DNA of 63,329 nt, filler included, from Aduncisulcus paluster (Eukaryota), in the NCBI GenBank assembly GCA_024181965.1. It is 6 parts of 6 records of this genome, joined end to end, with 100 filler letters (N's around TTAATTAATTAA, not from the genome) between each part and the next. Parts side by side here need not be neighbours in the genome. Positions count along the whole stretch, not along the records: positions 53,931 to 63,329 come from BQXS01011032.1; 5 more parts are not named here. One strand, 5' to 3'. Numbering within the stretch: the first letter of the stretch is position 1; every line of letters begins with the position of its first letter. Shown piece by piece: positions 59,901 through 63,329 of the stretch. The notes below the pieces were generated by a model. The model searched no databases, was not told the origin of the DNA, and worked only from the letters and a program-made list of their open reading frames with translations. The position numbers were made by a program, and so were the translations under genes.

Positions 59901-62751
59901 TCATTCAGAACTATTGAAGGGCATTGCGTTGGATATGTTTCTGAGTCACATACATAATCATCCACATTGTTCAAAGCACAACTATTGGGAATATAGTATG
60001 TATCCTTGTATGTGCCTGAGGAATGAATTGGAAAAACAGTCGTTATAAATGTCCAATAATCGGTATCATCTTCTGATCTACAGAGAGGGATGAAGGCAGA
60101 ATAATCTGTATACGCAATAGATATATAATCCAATCCAGCATTCCTAAATGAGACAGATATATCATAGATTTGTTCATCCCCATAAATAGCCAATCTATAC
60201 AATCTATTCAATGTAAACAAGGAATTGAGATCATAAATATTGCCATTAAAGGTAGTTGAAGTCTGATGAAAAAATAAGTATGATAATTGTCCAAGGAAAG
60301 AAATAGGATAAACTGATGTTACATCTGTATTTGGTCCAGAGAAAGAAGTAAGATTTATCAAATACTGAGCACCTTCAAAGGACGTAATATGGGAACCATA
60401 TGAATAAAAATACCCATTTATACCAGCCATTTCAAACTCTGACACATCACACAATGGATCGATTGTAATATCATATCCAGCGGCATCACACACTTTACCT
60501 CTGAACAACTCATCTGGAATATATACTTGATACAATTCATCACAATCATCACCATACCAGGCAGATCGACACCCACATGTGATGGATGAAGCGCCAACCT
60601 CAAGAACAGGCATCATATTGGAATGTCCTTCACACACTTGACAACGGATAATGTCTGAGGAATCAGTGGCTTCAACACACTCTCTAGTTGATTTGTCGAG
60701 ATAATACCCATGCCAGCACTCGACAGCCCAACGATCGGGATACACTTCACGACACACTTGGTGAGCTGCAGAAGACACAGATGCAGAACAATGGCATGTT
60801 TGGTCAGAATATGTCAAGGTTGATAGGGTTGGGAATTTGGTTTGCAATTGACTCACAATTCCTTCAATATCACAGATGGAGTTGCCACTGATCAGCACTC
60901 GACAGCCCAACGATCGGGATACACTTCACGACACACTTGGTGAGCTGCAGAAGACACAGATGCAGAACAATGGCATGTTTGGTCAGAATATGTCAAGGTT
61001 GATAGGGTTGGGAATTTGGTTTGCAATTGACTCACAATTCCTTCAATATCACAGATGGAGTTGCCACTGATGTCAAGAGTTGTGAGAACAGCATCAGTAT
61101 CATCAGGGAACATGGAAGATGTGATGAGAACTGAAACATCAGAGATGGAGTTGTTTGAGAGATCTAGGGATGTCAGTTTGAACTTGTCTGTGGTTGAGTC
61201 TCCAGAAGCAATGGGAGTCAAGTCAAGCACATCACCAATGTTACTCAGACCACACTCACTCGCAGATAAGGATGCAAGACCCGAATTAACCGAACCATAA
61301 TCATTAGAAATTGTCACAGCCTTTGCCAGGATCTGAACAACCAACTTATCATACTCAGCGTTGGAATTACTATCTCCACTCAAGTCATACTCATCAAGGG
61401 TCAGAGAGGTCAATGAAGTGGCATACTCAAGACCTTGAAGTGTTGTGAGGGCATTTACAGAGGCTAAGGATGACGCAGTAGCAATATCTTGCAAAGATAA
61501 TGATGAAGAAGGACATGACAAAACACTTCTCATGGTGGCAACACTGATTATTCCAGAGTCTAGATCATCAGAGCCATTTGGCAAACATTCATTTATCAGA
61601 TACTCCCTCACATTATCATCATGGACTGTATAACATTTCAAGTCTCCATCGATCACAGACCCACTTGTTTTAGCAATGAAAGAACACTCCTTATAATCAG
61701 CTTCATCAACACTATTATACACTTCATTAAGAACAATAGATGGACATTTGTCTGGGTATGTATCTTGACTACAGAAGTAATCATCAGTAATGTTAAGTGG
61801 ACAACTATTAGAGGTGTGAAATTGGGCAATATTATCGGTATCTTGATCATGAGTTGGGAAAACAGTGGTAAGGAAAGATATAAAATCTTCATTTGATTCA
61901 GATCGACATAATGGAATCATCTCATTCTCATAGTATCCGATTATCAAGGATCTCAATGCAACGCTCTTGAAGGAAAGAGAAATATCATAAACTTGATCGT
62001 TACCATAAAGACGGAGAGTAAAAAGCCTATTCAAAGGATACAGGGAGTTAAAATCAGTTAATTTCATCGAATAATTTGGACCCCACAAAACAATAGTCAA
62101 ATAACAGAGCTGTGTAAGTTCTGAAAGAACTTGGACCGATGTGATATCTGTATTGTTGACATAATAGGAATAAACATTGATCAAATTTTGAGCAGCTTCT
62201 AACGTGGTGGTATGTGCATTTCCACAGTTAAATTGTTCATTAATACCAGCCATCTCAAACTCAGACACATCACACAATGGATCGACTGTAATATCATATC
62301 CAGCAGCATCACACACTTTACCTCTGAACAATTTATCAGGGATATGCACGGAATACAACTGGTCACAATCATCACCATACCAGACAGATCGACAGCCCAG
62401 AGAAAGGGATGAATCTCCATCAGCAAGGATGCACATGTGATACTCATCATTAATGGTTGGACATTGGTATGTCGTATCTTCAATGTCACAAGAATAAGTG
62501 GCCTCATTGTAATAATACCCATCCTCACACTCGGCAGTATAACGACCAGGATATACCTCATTGCAGACGAAATGATCGTCCTCGGAGAGATACATGGAAC
62601 ATTCTTCAGAGAACTCTGCGCTAAGGACAGATTGAAAGGAAGAACTCAGAAAAATCAAGAAGATAAGGATATGAAGAGTAGAAATGGAAGAAGAATTAGG
62701 ACAAGAGGATTGAGCTGATCTAAATTCATAGTTTAATGATTGAGTTGTCAT
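53931..62751 (-). CDS. Giant secreted or surface LRR + EGF-like modular protein (>2800 aa, 3' partial)
   Basis: Signal-like HILIFLIFLSSSFQSVLSA. Four ~530-aa modules (EGF-like CxCxxxWYGDDC, IPDxxFRxxVC cap, 4-5 LRRs, Cys-rich spacer, LQGLEYATSLTSLTL..LDLSNNSISDVSVL..LDISGNSIC), then further LRR/Cys blocks. The two ORFs join on collapsing the 179-bp duplication. Confidence 0.88.
60714..61071. repeat. Exact 179-bp tandem duplication that frameshifts the LRR gene
   Basis: 60714-60892 equals 60893-61071 (cagcactcgacagccc...gttgccactgat); no N gap between copies. Confidence 0.92.
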
Positions 62752-63286
62752 TGATGAATAAATATTTCTGATAACAGTCCGAAACAGCGATTCAGAAAAA
62801 AGAAAATAACAAATGAGGAAATCTCGGTTGCATGACAATAATAAGGGTAAAAATGGAAATATCAGATATGATATGATGAAATAACAAAACAAAGTCAGGA
62901 TAATACATTGTGGGCCATTCAATACACGGATATGAAAATGGCCTCTATGAAATAGGGGTTTAGACAAATTTGCTTTCATAATACTTGAATATAATCGTTG
63001 TAAAAGATGAGAATTTGGAAAATAAGTTGAATTATTTTCTTGGATCGTCACCGAAAGCTGTTTTTTTTTGTCATCGATGTACTAACACTTTTAATTATTA
63101 TTCCAATTTGAAAATGAATCCTAATAAGTTAATTTTTTACTTTTTTTTTGGTGGAACATTTTAGGAAGTGCAGATAAGTCTGTCAGTGGCTACCACTGAA
63201 TGGCAAAGGTACTAAAAGATATTATTAATAAATTAACCCGGGAAACTATTTACAGTTCATAGTTATTGGACTTTAAGGGGAAACTA

Positions 63287-63329
63287 TCATAATATGTCAA
63301 GAGTTGTGAGAACAGCATCAGTATCATCA
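63287..63329 (-). pseudogene. 3' end of an upstream, truncated copy of the LRR module
   Basis: atgtcaagagttgtgagaacagcatcagtatcatca is identical to ~61070-61105 and ~57669-57704 (DDTDAVLTTLDI) but is followed by TTA TGA TAG. Confidence 0.65.

Noticed and set aside
53931-62751. Diversity-generating retroelement or CRISPR as the source of LRR variation
   Set aside because: Changes are not adenine-specific, there is no intact RT or template repeat, and no repeat-spacer array exists.
63183-63199. Small hairpin tcagtgg-cta-ccactga
   Set aside because: A 7-bp stem is expected by chance and there is no tRNA or ncRNA context.

Overview
AT-rich, gene-dense, intron-poor nuclear DNA of a microbial eukaryote using the standard genetic code. 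It is most plausibly an anaerobic metamonad: the class II aldolase, GTATGT introns and Cys-rich surface proteins fit, and the repeat-kinase and LRR families resemble my recollection of the fornicate Aduncisulcus (inference, not verified). The window is a patchwork of six contigs joined by 100-nt N-TTAATTAATTAA-N linkers. It also has six 20-N gaps flanked by overlap duplications that split or frameshift genes. Recognisable genes: NOG1 (missed by the ORF track), RPS8 with an intron splitting its start codon, two EGF-repeat membrane proteins, a RasGEF, an SDR, a long-chain acyl-CoA synthetase, class II FBP aldolase, an NFX1 zinc-finger protein, a DUF1963/TYPP protein, SYS1, a ~2100-aa kinesin, a p31comet-like candidate and a CDP-alcohol phosphotransferase. 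Decayed LINE-like and Ty3/gypsy-like remnants are also present. The two strongest leads are: (1) a giant secreted LRR/EGF protein built of ~1.6-kb tandem modules whose scaffold is almost identical between copies while the predicted concave LRR face and an adjacent loop are hypervariable, a VLR/internalin-like diversified receptor candidate; (2) a spliced ~1740-aa protein with six copies of an unnamed ~150-aa beta-rich domain fused to an atypical (DLG/SYE) kinase, with a decayed extra repeat just upstream.
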